NCBI GenBank assembly: GCA_031425655.1
Contig: JANPJS010000092.1
Location: 1-46,476 of the forward strand
Length of the DNA: 46,476 nucleotides
Origin: Abditibacteriaceae bacterium
GTDB taxonomy: Bacteria > Armatimonadota > Abditibacteriia > Abditibacteriales > Abditibacteriaceae
Direction of reading: 5' to 3'
A program made the position numbers and the translations under genes. The notes under the pieces were generated by a model. That model saw nothing but the letters and a program-made list of their open reading frames with translations, was not told where the DNA came from and did no database searches. Within the stretch, counting starts at the first letter, position 1. The number at the start of each line of letters is the position of its first letter. Of the stretch, positions 1-9,432 are shown piece by piece.

Positions 1-420
1 GTCAGCGACGGCGCCAGCGGTGTGGCGGGCGTTCTGCTGCGGCTTCGCAATAACAGCACGGGCCAGTATTATAACTGGACGACCCAAAGCTTCAATGCGG
101 CGGGCGCGGTCTACAACCCCAATGTGCTGGAAACTCCGGCGCCGATTGCGGTTAACCCCACGACTGGTGCCCGGACTTACACGCTGGCTTTGCCGACTCC
201 GTTGCCTGTGGGCAGTTACACGGTGACGGCCACGGCTTTAGACAACGCCTTCCGACGCGCAACGGCCACGGCGAACTTCACCGTAGCGGCACCGGCACCC
301 ACCATCCGCAGTGAGAAGCCGTTCGCAGACGAGCCTTCCGCGTTCACAGACGAGGAGCCATCGGCCTCACAGAGCCGCGCAGACGAGCCTTCCGCGTTCA
401 CAGACCAGCCTTCCGAGTAA
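1..420 (+). CDS. 3' end of a secreted/surface protein with an Ig-like beta domain and a low-complexity acidic tail (5'-truncated by the window edge)
   Basis: Frame is open from base 1 (VSDGASGVAGVLLRLRN...). LPVGSYTVTATALDNA is typical of bacterial Ig-like domains. The tail contains ADEPSAFTD twice. Confidence 0.7.
   Translation, partial: VSDGASGVAGVLLRLRNNSTGQYYNWTTQSFNAAGAVYNPNVLETPAPIAVNPTTGARTYTLALPTPLPVGSYTVTATALDNAFRRATATANFTVAAPAPTIRSEKPFADEPSAFTDEEPSASQSRADEPSAFTDQPSE
324..405 (+). repeat. 28-bp direct repeat within the coding tail
   Basis: cgcagacgagccttccgcgttcacagac at 324-351 and 378-405. Confidence 0.9.
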
Positions 421-431
421 CGTCCTGGTGC

Positions 432-608
432 GCAACTGCGGCAACAGGCGACTTCGCGGTAACGGTGATCGGTTGGGCGAGTGAAGTGCAAAGCGTGGAG
501 CAAGCCGGCAAGACGGTCACGCTGCTCTTGGCCGAGGGCACACTCAAAACCGGCGATAATGTCGGCGGTGCTTGGAACAGCAGCACAACTACGCTGACAG
601 CCGAGTAA
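432..608 (+). pseudogene. Possible orphan C-terminal beta-domain fragment without a start codon
   Basis: Frame 3 reads ATAATGDFAVTVIGWASEVQSVEQAGKTVTLLLAEGTLKTGDNVGGAWNSSTTTLTAE*, which is protein-like, out of frame with the upstream gene and lies before the terminator. Confidence 0.4.
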
Positions 609-633
609 CGAGTAACTTCGAGTCGCAAGACTG

Positions 634-667
634 CAAAGCCCCACGTCCAAATGGACATGGGGCTTTG
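634..667 (+). terminator. Probable intrinsic terminator hairpin
   Basis: caaagccccacgtcca-aa-tggacatggggctttg. Confidence 0.6.
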
Positions 668-710
668 TCTACGGCAGCAGAGGTGAAGTTGAAATCGAAG
701 TAAATCGGCT

Positions 711-767
711 ATTGGAACTCAAATGGGCGCGCTGAGAATTTCTCAGCGCGCCCATTTGAGTTCCAAT
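711..767. terminator. Perfect 27-bp inverted repeat directly after the LLM gene stop (terminator or REP-like)
   Basis: attggaactcaaatgggcgcgctgaga-att-tctcagcgcgcccatttgagttccaat, located between convergent genes. Confidence 0.7.
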
Positions 768-1838
768 TCAAGCTTTGGCAGAAAGATAGTCGGTTTTGGT
801 CAGTTGGCCTTGGTCTACGCCGCCCAATCCGGTGCAGGCTTGCGCGGCCAGTTCAAACGAGCGCAGACGCGCCGCGTGGTCATAAATCATGCCGGTAATC
901 ATCACTTCGTTTACGCCGGTTTGGGCCACGAAGTTTTCCAAGCTCTCGCGCACCGTTTCTAACGTGCCTACGAAGGAAAACGCCAGCGCGTGATCTATAT
1001 TTTGCTGTTCAAATTCGCTCCACGGGCGCTCATTGCCTTCCAAAGGCGGCGGCAACTGGCCGGGATTTCCGCGCCGCAAATTGATAAACGATTGCTGGAT
1101 GGAAGTGAAAAGCCGCTCGGCTTCGCTCTGCAAATCGGCAGCGAAAACATTCACGCCCGCCATCGCGTAGGGCTGCGCAAGCGTTTCCGACGGCTCAAAA
1201 TTGTCACGATAAATTTGTAGCGCATCCAGCAATAAATCGGGCGCGAAATGCGAAGCGAAGGCGAACGGCAAGCCAAGCTGCGCCGCCAAGTGCGCGCTGT
1301 AAACGCTGGAACCAAGCAGCCAAATCGGCACATGAAGCCCGACGCCCGGCACGGCGCGCACCCGTTGATGCGGCTGCGCCTCATCAAAATAATGTTGCAA
1401 TTCGCGCACATCGTTGGGAAAAGTGTCCACGCTCTGCGCCATGTCGCGGCGCAAGGCCCGCGCCGTCATCTGATCGGTGCCGGGCGCGCGTCCCAAGCCC
1501 AAATCAATGCGCCCCGGATACAGCGATTCCAACGTGCCGAACTGCTCGGCGATGACCAGCGGCGCGTGATTGGGCAGCATAATGCCGCCCGAACCGACGC
1601 GAATCGTTGACGTGCCGCCGGCGACGTAGCCGATGGCAACCGCCGTCGCGGCGCTGGCGATGCCCGGCATATTATGATGCTCGGCCAGCCAGTAGCGATG
1701 GTAACCCCACCTTTCGGCGTGCTGCGCCAAATCGAGCGAATTGGCTAAAGCCTGCCCCGCCGTGCTGTTCTGTATGATGGGCGACAAATCAAGAATCGAA
1801 AAACGCGGACGATTGCCCGGCGCGGATATGTTTTGCAT
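768..1838 (-). CDS. LLM class flavin-dependent oxidoreductase (luciferase-like, group 1)
   Basis: [43 protein letters not shown] and [12 protein letters not shown] motifs. Confidence 0.95.
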   Translation of the reverse strand: MQNISAPGNRPRFSILDLSPIIQNSTAGQALANSLDLAQHAERWGYHRYWLAEHHNMPGIASAATAVAIGYVAGGTSTIRVGSGGIMLPNHAPLVIAEQFGTLESLYPGRIDLGLGRAPGTDQMTARALRRDMAQSVDTFPNDVRELQHYFDEAQPHQRVRAVPGVGLHVPIWLLGSSVYSAHLAAQLGLPFAFASHFAPDLLLDALQIYRDNFEPSETLAQPYAMAGVNVFAADLQSEAERLFTSIQQSFINLRRGNPGQLPPPLEGNERPWSEFEQQNIDHALAFSFVGTLETVRESLENFVAQTGVNEVMITGMIYDHAARLRSFELAAQACTGLGGVDQGQLTKTDYLSAKA

Positions 1839-2074
1839 GAAACGTTTCTCCTAAGACTCCGTTTTCTGATGGCTGAGTCAGAATAACGCTCCCTTGTCGC
1901 TCTCTGCTTATCGAAGGGAATGATGTTTTCAGGACGAAACGGTTTGGGGCCGGGCCAATAATCGCGGAAACACACAATAAAATAGGCGCGCCATAATGCG
2001 GCGCGCCTTCCCTTATTTAAGACAGAAGAAACCGCTTTGGCTAAACTGCGCTGCGTTGGAAACCAGAACGCATT

Positions 2075-3445
2075 ATGAGCGAAACCGAAGGGCAACGAGA
2101 GATATATCGCCTGCGCGCCGCATTAGAGCGCAGCGAACGCAAAGTCGCGGCAGCCGAAGAAGCACTTGATCATCGTCAGCGGCAAATTGACGCGATGCGG
2201 CGCACCGCCGACGCGCTCTTTTCGCAGCTTTCGCCGGATGCTATGCTGCGCGAAACCATCGCTCTGGCGATCCATGTTTTGCGCGCCGACGGCGGCTCGG
2301 TGATGCTCCACGATGCCGAAGAAGACGTGCTGGTTTTTCGCCACGTCGTCGGGCCGGCTGCCGAGAAACTCATCGGCATGAAGCTGGATTTAAACAAAGG
2401 CGTGGGAGGACGCGTTTTTCGCACCGGAATACCGGCGCGCGTAGACAACGTTCACGAAAACGCCGATCATAATGCGATTGATAAAGTCACCGGCTATACG
2501 GTCAATTCGCTGATGAGCGCGCCTTTGAAGCGTTCTACCGGCCATTGTTTGGGCGTGATTAACGTGGTCAACGCGCGCCACAACTTCGACGACCGCGACT
2601 TGGAAGTGCTGGAAGTGCTGGGAACCGTCGCGGCTGCCGCCATCGAGAACGTCCATTTGGCTCAGGAAGCGCGTAAGGCCAATATCGTCAATCTTATCGG
2701 CGATATTTCGCACGATGTCAAGAATATGCTGACGCCGATTCAAACCGGCATTCTCACCTTGCAGCCGATGTTGAGCGATATGTTGGCCGACCTTGATAGC
2801 CTTCGCTCCAACTGCCCCGACGAAGAAGAATGGGGCTATCGCATCGAGCAAACGCTGCTGACCATCCGCGAAGATTACGAATGGATTCTTGAAGGCGCCT
2901 ACGACGCCGCCGACAAAGTGCAAACGCGCGTCAAGGAAATCGCCGACGCCGTTAAAGGCGAAATTTCTCCGCCGCAATTCGAGGTCGCGCAGGTCAACGA
3001 AATCGCGCGGCAAGTCGCGCAACTGCTGCGCAGCGTGGCCGGCAAATCGCGTGTGCAGCTTTTAATCGAACTCGATGAGGAACTGCCCGAAGCCGAATTC
3101 GACGGCAAACAGCTTTATAACGCGCTCTATAATCTGGTCAACAATGCCATCCCCGAAACGCCGCCGGGCGGCAGCGTGACGCTGCGCACGCGGTCGGAAA
3201 ACGAAACGCTTCTCATCGAAGTCGCCGACACCGGGCGCGGCATTCCCCAACCCGTGCTGGCGAAACTCTTCACCGACGACGCGATTTCCACCAAGCCGGG
3301 CGGAACGGGATTGGGCACCAAAATCGTCGGCGACATCGTGCGGCGTCACAACGGCACCATCGAAGTGCGAAGCGAAATCGGCAACGGCACTTGCTTTTCG
3401 ATTTGTCTGCCGCTGCGCCAGCCTACGACGGGTGAAGCGATTTAA
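2075..3445 (+). CDS. GAF-domain sensor histidine kinase (cytoplasmic; no adjacent response regulator)
   Basis: N-terminal coiled coil and GAF domain, H-box ISHDVKNMLTPI, N-box NLVNNA, G1 DTGRGI, G2 TKPGGTGLG. Confidence 0.92.
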   Translation: MSETEGQREIYRLRAALERSERKVAAAEEALDHRQRQIDAMRRTADALFSQLSPDAMLRETIALAIHVLRADGGSVMLHDAEEDVLVFRHVVGPAAEKLIGMKLDLNKGVGGRVFRTGIPARVDNVHENADHNAIDKVTGYTVNSLMSAPLKRSTGHCLGVINVVNARHNFDDRDLEVLEVLGTVAAAAIENVHLAQEARKANIVNLIGDISHDVKNMLTPIQTGILTLQPMLSDMLADLDSLRSNCPDEEEWGYRIEQTLLTIREDYEWILEGAYDAADKVQTRVKEIADAVKGEISPPQFEVAQVNEIARQVAQLLRSVAGKSRVQLLIELDEELPEAEFDGKQLYNALYNLVNNAIPETPPGGSVTLRTRSENETLLIEVADTGRGIPQPVLAKLFTDDAISTKPGGTGLGTKIVGDIVRRHNGTIEVRSEIGNGTCFSICLPLRQPTTGEAI

Positions 3446-3464
3446 AGAATCCCGCTGTTGAAGA

Positions 3465-3496
3465 AGCCCTGTCATTGCGACAGGGTTTTTTCTTTT
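3465..3496 (+). terminator. Rho-independent terminator
   Basis: agccctgtc-attgc-gacagggtt followed by a T-tract, about 20 nt after the kinase stop. Confidence 0.75.
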
Positions 3497-3511
3497 GGCA
3501 TGGCTACGGCG

Positions 3512-3687
3512 CAGTGGCATTAAGTTAAGAACGCCGGGGGTTCAAAACCCCACGGCAGGGAAGCCTGCGGCTGAGCGTCCTCTGGACGCAAGGCGAGCAT
3601 CGCGTCCGCGAGGACGTTGGGCGCTTGCGCCTCCCTGCCGGGTTTTTCAAAGCCCGGCAACGTCAGCCTCTTAACTTAATGCCCTTG
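3512..3687. mobile_element. MITE with IS4-like terminal inverted repeats and internal REP-like palindromes
   Basis: TIRs cagtggcattaagttaaga (3512-3530) and tcttaacttaatgcccttg (3669-3687), 17/19 complementary. Internal nested inverted repeats. No ORF. Confidence 0.75.
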
Positions 3688-3692
3688 GGCTG

Positions 3693-6530
3693 TCACGTTG
3701 CGGTTGTCGGCGCGATTTCTATCATCAGCGCGGCGCCGTTGCAATCTATCGTGAGGCGGCCTTGCTCATCGGCGATGGCCTCGCGGGTCAGAGGCGCGGG
3801 CAAAGCGGGCATGGGAAGCACTTCCGGCTCCGGTTTTTCGCCTTTTTTCAGCTTTTTGGGTGGTTTGGGAGGCGCGACGGGCTTGGGCGGTGGCGCGTCG
3901 GCGGGCAAAGCCAACGTCGTGATCGTCACGCGATGGCGCGAACCGGGCGCGATTTCGTAGGTGCCGGGCGTGCTGAAAAGTTCGAGCCGCACATTCGCGC
4001 TGTTGCCGGGCTTGATGTTAAAGGTTTCGCCCTGTGGCGTGAATTCCGCCGCGTTCGGCCAGAGCGCGATGCGGGCGTTTTGCGGCGCCAATTCCAGCAC
4101 GCGCGCGATCAGCGGCCCGCCGCCGATGTTGCGGACTCGCACCGGCAGCATTTGCGAAATCAGCATGGCGCCCGGTGGCGTGTAAGCGTGCAGAGCGATG
4201 ATTTGCGCGGCGTCTTCGGCATCGGGAATGGGCGCAACGCGCGTTTGCGCTGGTGCCGGCGCGCTGCCCGGCGGCGAAAACGCGCACGCCACGTTGCTCC
4301 ACAGCCAGTTGCCCGGCGCGCCGGTTTGCACTTGCGACCAATGGCGATCCGGCACATCTATCGCCAATCCTTCCGGCCCCGGCGCGCGATGGTTCAGCCA
4401 GGCCACGGCGTCCGGGAAATTTACGGTTTCGGGATACGCCGGGCCGCTTTCATCGCCTTGCGAGGCCGCAAAGGCTTGCGCGCCGGCTTGCACGATGCGA
4501 GCGCCGCGACTAAAAAGATCGCCGTGAAAGGCGTCGAAGCCTTTCATGCCCAATGTCCAGTTTTGCCACAAGCGTAGCGGCGCGAAGACCGCGCCGCCCG
4601 CGCCCGCCGGTTTCAGCGTGAGAAACGCCGCGCCGGTTGCGTCGTCGCCCCGCGCCGTCGCGGTCGAGCCGATAGTTATCGTTCCGGGCCGGGGCAAACC
4701 GGCGCCGACAGGGCCGGAGAAGGCTTTGCCGGTCAGTCCGAGGGCGGTAATTAAAGTGCCCGGCGCGGCTTCCGACCACGATGGGAAAAGCGGGTGCGGC
4801 GTCACTTGCGAAAAGTTCACATTGTCGCGGCGCATTTGCAGCGGCGCGGCGATGCCGAACAGCGAAAGCACAGCCGGCGGCGGCTCGCCCACACGTCCAG
4901 CGGATTGCGCCGCTCCGGCGCCCAAATCGGCGACAACTACGCCGCCTTCGTTGGCGTAGCGCGCCAATCGTTGCGTGACGGCGTCGGGTAGGGAAAGCGC
5001 CTGCGGCAAGAGCAACACTTCGTAGCGATTCAAATCGGTATTGGCATCTGCTACATCTTCGGGCGCCAGAAAATCCACCGGCCCAAACGCGCTGCCCCAG
5101 CGCAGCGCATAAACCAGAGCATCGGGTTCGCCGCGCGCCAGATTGTCGCCGAAGCCGAATAATCCACGCGCTTCAACGGTGTCGGGCGGTGCATCCGCGT
5201 TGTCGGGAGCGGCGGGCGTTTGCTGCACGCTTTGCCCTTCGGCCAAAGGCGTCAGCATGATGGCGGCGGTCGCTTGCGGCGCCTGATTCCACAGCACAGC
5301 GAAAGGCGGCATCTGCAAGCGTGACAGATTCGCCGCAATATTGGCGCGCAGATTGACGTTGCGTTGCAAATCCGGCCACGAATCGAAGGCCAGTCCGCTG
5401 GCGCCGTGCGCCAAAGCCGCATCCGTCCACGAAGCGATAAGGCGCGGCAGTTCGGCGGCGCTGAGCGAGGGATTGCCGTTGGTCGAAAGCGTGGGAATCG
5501 CCGCGAAATGTCCGGCGCGGCGCGCGACGGAAACGGCCTGCGGATTATGTGTCAGCGCGTCGGGTTGAGCCACGCTCGGCGCCATGTCGGGAACGGCTAC
5601 ATCAATGGTGTTGGGCAGGCTGAGCAGTTGCGCGTAGTCGGGTAGGCGTCCGGAAAAAAGCAGCGCGTCGGCGTCGGATTCGCGCAGGTTTTGTGTCCAG
5701 AATTGGAGTAAATCCCGATAAGCATCGGCCTTATAAAGCGCCACAGCTAAGGCCGCCGGATGAAAGGCCCAGCCGCGCCCGACGGCGTCCATCCAACTCG
5801 AACGCGGCAAGCCGGTGAAACTGGGCGTTTCCACTTCCTCGCTGGCCGGCAACGATGCGCCCAAGGCTTCGGCGGCAGGCAGCCGGGCATCGTCGAGCGA
5901 AGCGTAATGCTGGTTCCACTGTGCGTTCAGCACGCTCACATCGGCGTAATTGGCTTTGATCCAGCGCGTGAAACCGTCGCTGTCGAAGATGGGCAGACCG
6001 CGCGGATCGTCGGGCAGCATCCATCCGCATAAACGCGGCGTGTCGCCTAATTGCGTGATAGTTCCGGCGATCCAGTTGCTCCACAAAAGCGTGTAAGACG
6101 AGCTATCGGCGGCGATGCGCGGATGATCTCCGCCTTCGGGCGCGGCGGGCAATTGATAAATGATCCACAAACCCAGTCGCGCGGCGGCTTCGGCCAAGTT
6201 GCGCGTGGTTTTCAAATCGCCCGGCTCCAGCGAGCCGTCGGGCGCCGGCTGCCACGGCACGCGCACCACGAGCGTGTTGAAACCGGCTTCGCGGTATTCG
6301 TCGAGTTGCGCGATTTGCGTCAGGCCGTTGGCCCAGAAAAGCGGCAGAGGCCTTCCGCCTAAAGCGATGAATTTCTTGCCGTTTTGAACTTTGGAGACTG
6401 GAGACTGGAGGCTGGAGGCTGGCTGCGTGTTGGGAGCGACGGTAATCTGCGCCTGCGCCGCGAAAGGGCTGATGGCGAAGCCTGCCAACACCCAAAACCC
6501 AAAACCCAAAACCCGAAGTCTTACAGCCAT
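3693..6530 (-). CDS. Secreted GH42/beta-galactosidase-like protein with trimerisation domain (catalytic residues atypical)
   Basis: Start moved to ATG 6530, which overlaps the tatC end and gives a signal peptide ending AQA. FTRWIKANYADVSVLNAQWNQHYASLD resembles GH42. LNRYEVLLLPQ...LARYANEGGVVVAD resembles the trimerisation domain. Confidence 0.65.
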   Translation of the reverse strand: MAVRLRVLGFGFWVLAGFAISPFAAQAQITVAPNTQPASSLQSPVSKVQNGKKFIALGGRPLPLFWANGLTQIAQLDEYREAGFNTLVVRVPWQPAPDGSLEPGDLKTTRNLAEAAARLGLWIIYQLPAAPEGGDHPRIAADSSSYTLLWSNWIAGTITQLGDTPRLCGWMLPDDPRGLPIFDSDGFTRWIKANYADVSVLNAQWNQHYASLDDARLPAAEALGASLPASEEVETPSFTGLPRSSWMDAVGRGWAFHPAALAVALYKADAYRDLLQFWTQNLRESDADALLFSGRLPDYAQLLSLPNTIDVAVPDMAPSVAQPDALTHNPQAVSVARRAGHFAAIPTLSTNGNPSLSAAELPRLIASWTDAALAHGASGLAFDSWPDLQRNVNLRANIAANLSRLQMPPFAVLWNQAPQATAAIMLTPLAEGQSVQQTPAAPDNADAPPDTVEARGLFGFGDNLARGEPDALVYALRWGSAFGPVDFLAPEDVADANTDLNRYEVLLLPQALSLPDAVTQRLARYANEGGVVVADLGAGAAQSAGRVGEPPPAVLSLFGIAAPLQMRRDNVNFSQVTPHPLFPSWSEAAPGTLITALGLTGKAFSGPVGAGLPRPGTITIGSTATARGDDATGAAFLTLKPAGAGGAVFAPLRLWQNWTLGMKGFDAFHGDLFSRGARIVQAGAQAFAASQGDESGPAYPETVNFPDAVAWLNHRAPGPEGLAIDVPDRHWSQVQTGAPGNWLWSNVACAFSPPGSAPAPAQTRVAPIPDAEDAAQIIALHAYTPPGAMLISQMLPVRVRNIGGGPLIARVLELAPQNARIALWPNAAEFTPQGETFNIKPGNSANVRLELFSTPGTYEIAPGSRHRVTITTLALPADAPPPKPVAPPKPPKKLKKGEKPEPEVLPMPALPAPLTREAIADEQGRLTIDCNGAALMIEIAPTTAT
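6382..6517. repeat. Heptamer tandem arrays inside the 5' coding region of the GH42-like gene
   Basis: (ctggaga/ctggagg)n at about 6391-6422 and (cccaaaa)n at 6485-6517. Confidence 0.85.
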
Positions 6531-7591
6531 TTGATAAGCCAGATGGAAAGCGCGTAAAGCAGGCACGGAGGCACTGCACAAACGAGCAGCGTAATCGGAT
6601 CCCACGTCGGCGTGAGGATGGAAACGACTACGAAGATGACGATTACGACGTGACGCCAGTATTCGATGAGAATATTGCGCGAAACGATGCCGGTTTTGTT
6701 GAGGAAAATCGTGATTATCGGCACTTGGAAGCACACGCCAAAGACGAGCAGGGTTTTGCCGAGCAGGAGAATAATCGTTTGATATTCCCATTGCGGGTTC
6801 ACGCCTGCGGGCGTAAAAGCGCGGAAAAACTGGAAAAACAGCGGCGAAGTCACATAGGCCAAAGCGCAGCCTAAGAAAAACAAAATAATCGAGAAGGGTA
6901 AGAGAAATCCGACGTAGCGTTTTTCGTTGCCTGTTAAAGCGGGCACTAAAAACAACCAGGCCTGCAAGATGACGTAAGGCGCCGATATAATCAGGCCTGA
7001 AATCATCGAAAGCTGGATGTAAGTCGTGAGACCGGCCATCGGATCAAGTTGAACAATAGGGATGTCTCCGACCGGCGCGAGAAGCCACTCTTGAAACTGT
7101 GGAACAAAGCTCCAAGTCACGGCCATTGCCACCATGACGGCGCCAACGGCGTGCAATATGCGCAGGCGCAGCTCGCCCAGATGCTCGAATAAGCCCAATT
7201 CCACGTCTTTGGGCGCGTTTGGATCGGGTTCTTGTTCTAAAACGGCGCGTTCGGGGTCGTAAGGCGTGGTGGCGAGTTCGACTTCCGAAGTCGGTGCGCT
7301 TTGCAACTCGACCGCGTCGGCGGGCAAATCCGCAAGGGGCGCCAATTCGGGAATGGTCGCCAGATCAACGTCGCTCTGGCCGTTGGCTTCGCCGGTCACT
7401 TCGACTATCGCATCGCTGTGCGGCGGATGCGATTCGCGCGCGGCTAAGGCGGCCACGGAATCGGCACGCGGCACGGTTGCGTCCGGCGCGTGTTCTTCGT
7501 GCGCGGACTTTGCGGTCTCGGAATGCTCCGGCGATGCACCATTAACTGGTGCATCGCCGGAAAGGAAATCGTAAGGATTGTTATCGGTCAT
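6521..7591 (-). CDS. tatC: Twin-arginine translocase subunit TatC with a long acidic N-terminal extension
   Basis: LFEHLGELRLRI, QAWLFLVPAL..NEKRY, FGVCFQVP and ILTPTWDPITL motifs; about 6 TM segments. Confidence 0.95.
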   Translation of the reverse strand: MTDNNPYDFLSGDAPVNGASPEHSETAKSAHEEHAPDATVPRADSVAALAARESHPPHSDAIVEVTGEANGQSDVDLATIPELAPLADLPADAVELQSAPTSEVELATTPYDPERAVLEQEPDPNAPKDVELGLFEHLGELRLRILHAVGAVMVAMAVTWSFVPQFQEWLLAPVGDIPIVQLDPMAGLTTYIQLSMISGLIISAPYVILQAWLFLVPALTGNEKRYVGFLLPFSIILFFLGCALAYVTSPLFFQFFRAFTPAGVNPQWEYQTIILLLGKTLLVFGVCFQVPIITIFLNKTGIVSRNILIEYWRHVVIVIFVVVSILTPTWDPITLLVCAVPPCLLYALSIWLIKWL

Positions 7592-7619
7592 CGGCGAAGC
7601 AAGTTTAGCAGGGGCTTTG

Positions 7620-7695
7620 GAATGAAGAATTGAGAATGAAGAATTGAGAAATGCAGTCCGCTTTTTCTCAATTCTTCTTTCTCAATTCTTCATTC
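7620..7695. repeat. Empty inverted heptamer array (gaatgaa/gaattga family)
   Basis: 32-bp arms at 7620-7651 and 7664-7695 with 1 mismatch; one arm supplies the stop codon of the 7690-8745 gene. Confidence 0.9.
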
Positions 7696-8745
7696 GACGA
7701 CCTGTTCCAAAATAGCGAAATCTCCGGGATTCCACGACTGCGTGAGAATATAAAGCTTGCCGTTAACCTCGCGCAAAACCGCGTTGTGAATGTGCTGAAA
7801 AGTGGTCAGGCCAAGCTCTTCTTTGGGCATGATCGTCGAAACCACCTGATCGTTTTCCAGCAGATAAATCGGAGCGCCTTTAGCGCGATCCGGGCCGTCG
7901 AGCGCGGGAACCACGGCGTAGTTGCCGAAGTAGTCAATATCGCAGGCCAAAGTGCCTTCCGGCAGTTTGAGCGTGCCCAAATATTGCCCGTAGCGCGTGA
8001 ATCGCTCGATTTCGGCGTTCGGGCGGTCGGCGACATCTATGCGCTTCTTGCCAATCGGCACGGTAATGCTGTGCCCGGTTCCCATTTGGCCGGCGCCTTT
8101 GCCTTTGCCGCCAAACGACAAATCGTGCCAAGTGACGGTTAGCGGATTGAAGCTGATTTGCGCGGTCAGCACATAATCGAGGTCGGAATAGCCGGTGCTG
8201 ATGTAATAGCGCCCGTCCAAATAGTCAACGCCGGTCGGCGCGAACTTGCCGTTGCGCGCGAAATAATCGTTGACTTTGGCATCGCCCAAGTCTTGTCCGG
8301 CAGCGGGCTTTTCCAGCGTGTGCAGGAGTTTGCCTTCCAAATCGGTCGTGAAAACTTTGCCGTTGTCGTTGGCGGGAAAAGCCAAATATGCGGCACCGTC
8401 GGGGCCATACCAGATCGAGGTATTGTGCATATTCATGTTCTTCATGGCGTCCGCTGTGGGCAGCGGCTTTATCTGCGTCATCGCGGCATTCACTTGAAAA
8501 ATGCCCGCGCCTTTCAGGAAGAAATAGGTTTCTCCCTTGCCCGGTCGGTGATCTACCGCCGAGCCGCCGTGCGCCCCACGCAACGGCTTTTTCGCGTCTT
8601 CGGGAAAACGCTCCGAGGTAAGAACAACTTTGAAGCGCATTTTGCCCTGACCGCTGACAAGCGGCGCATCCGCCGCGCGCACTGTCGTTGCGGCGAATGT
8701 CATGGCGCCAAGCGCGAGAACGGCGGCAATTTTGGGACTAATCAT
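7690..8745 (-). CDS. Secreted NHL/6-bladed beta-propeller-like protein
   Basis: Start moved to ATG 8745 (AGGAG RBS, ATGA overlap with the Uma2 stop). Signal peptide MISPKIAAVLALG...VRA. GKGAGQMGTGHSI and IDVADRPNAEIERF are NHL-like. Confidence 0.7.
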   Translation of the reverse strand: MISPKIAAVLALGAMTFAATTVRAADAPLVSGQGKMRFKVVLTSERFPEDAKKPLRGAHGGSAVDHRPGKGETYFFLKGAGIFQVNAAMTQIKPLPTADAMKNMNMHNTSIWYGPDGAAYLAFPANDNGKVFTTDLEGKLLHTLEKPAAGQDLGDAKVNDYFARNGKFAPTGVDYLDGRYYISTGYSDLDYVLTAQISFNPLTVTWHDLSFGGKGKGAGQMGTGHSITVPIGKKRIDVADRPNAEIERFTRYGQYLGTLKLPEGTLACDIDYFGNYAVVPALDGPDRAKGAPIYLLENDQVVSTIMPKEELGLTTFQHIHNAVLREVNGKLYILTQSWNPGDFAILEQVVE

Positions 8746-9398
8746 GAAAATTCTCCTGTTGCTATCGTGGATTTTGCGTCTGAATTTGAGTCGGCTTCTG
8801 CTTCGACTGTTTTTTGCGGCACAGGTCGCAAATCGGGAAGATGAACGCGGGCGTAGATTTCCGAGAGTTTCACTCGACAGCCGATGGAATCGAGCACGAG
8901 TTCGTCTTCCCGCACATCCAGCATGGTCAAGATCCACGATTTATTACTTCCGCGATGAAAATGCTCGACGTGAACGCGGTTTTGCGCGATGAGAACGTAA
9001 TCCAGCAGCGAATCGCGCTTGCGAAACGCCTCGAACTTCGTAGTGCGGTCTTTGAGTTCGGTCGAAGGCGAAAGCACTTCGATAATCACGACCGGATTGG
9101 TTAAATTGTCGCCGCCTTCGACTTCGGCATCGCAAGCCACAACTACGTCGGGGTATCCGTAATCGCCCTCTTCGTTCATCTTCACGCGCAAGTCTTGTGA
9201 AAAGACCTCGCACGATTTGCCTTCCAGTTGATTGCCCAGCTTAATCGTCACATTATCCGTGATGCGAATATGCGTCAGGCTGGCACCGGCCATAGCGATG
9301 ATTTCTCCGCCGATGAATTCGCTTTTGGTTTCCGCCGCACACTCTTGCCGCAGATATTCTTCGGGCGTGAGGAACCACATTTTCGGTTCTGCAACCAT
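8742..9398 (-). CDS. Uma2 family (DUF820) PD-(D/E)XK endonuclease
   Basis: LTPEEYL..E...ETKSEF..GEIIAMAGAS, YPDVVV, NPVVIIEVLSPSTELKDRTTKF; GGAGG RBS. Confidence 0.93.
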   Translation of the reverse strand: MVAEPKMWFLTPEEYLRQECAAETKSEFIGGEIIAMAGASLTHIRITDNVTIKLGNQLEGKSCEVFSQDLRVKMNEEGDYGYPDVVVACDAEVEGGDNLTNPVVIIEVLSPSTELKDRTTKFEAFRKRDSLLDYVLIAQNRVHVEHFHRGSNKSWILTMLDVREDELVLDSIGCRVKLSEIYARVHLPDLRPVPQKTVEAEADSNSDAKSTIATGEFS

Positions 9399-9432
9399 GA
9401 TTTCGCCTCCGCGATTAGTTTAGCCAATGCGT

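Noticed and set aside
6531..6791. Long N-terminal extensions in the ORF track (also 8746-8937, 28574-28729, 34028-34183, 36163-36282, 39673-39729, 43823-43876)
   Set aside because: They overlap neighbouring genes or repeats; downstream starts give an RBS, coupled stop/start codons or clean signal peptides.
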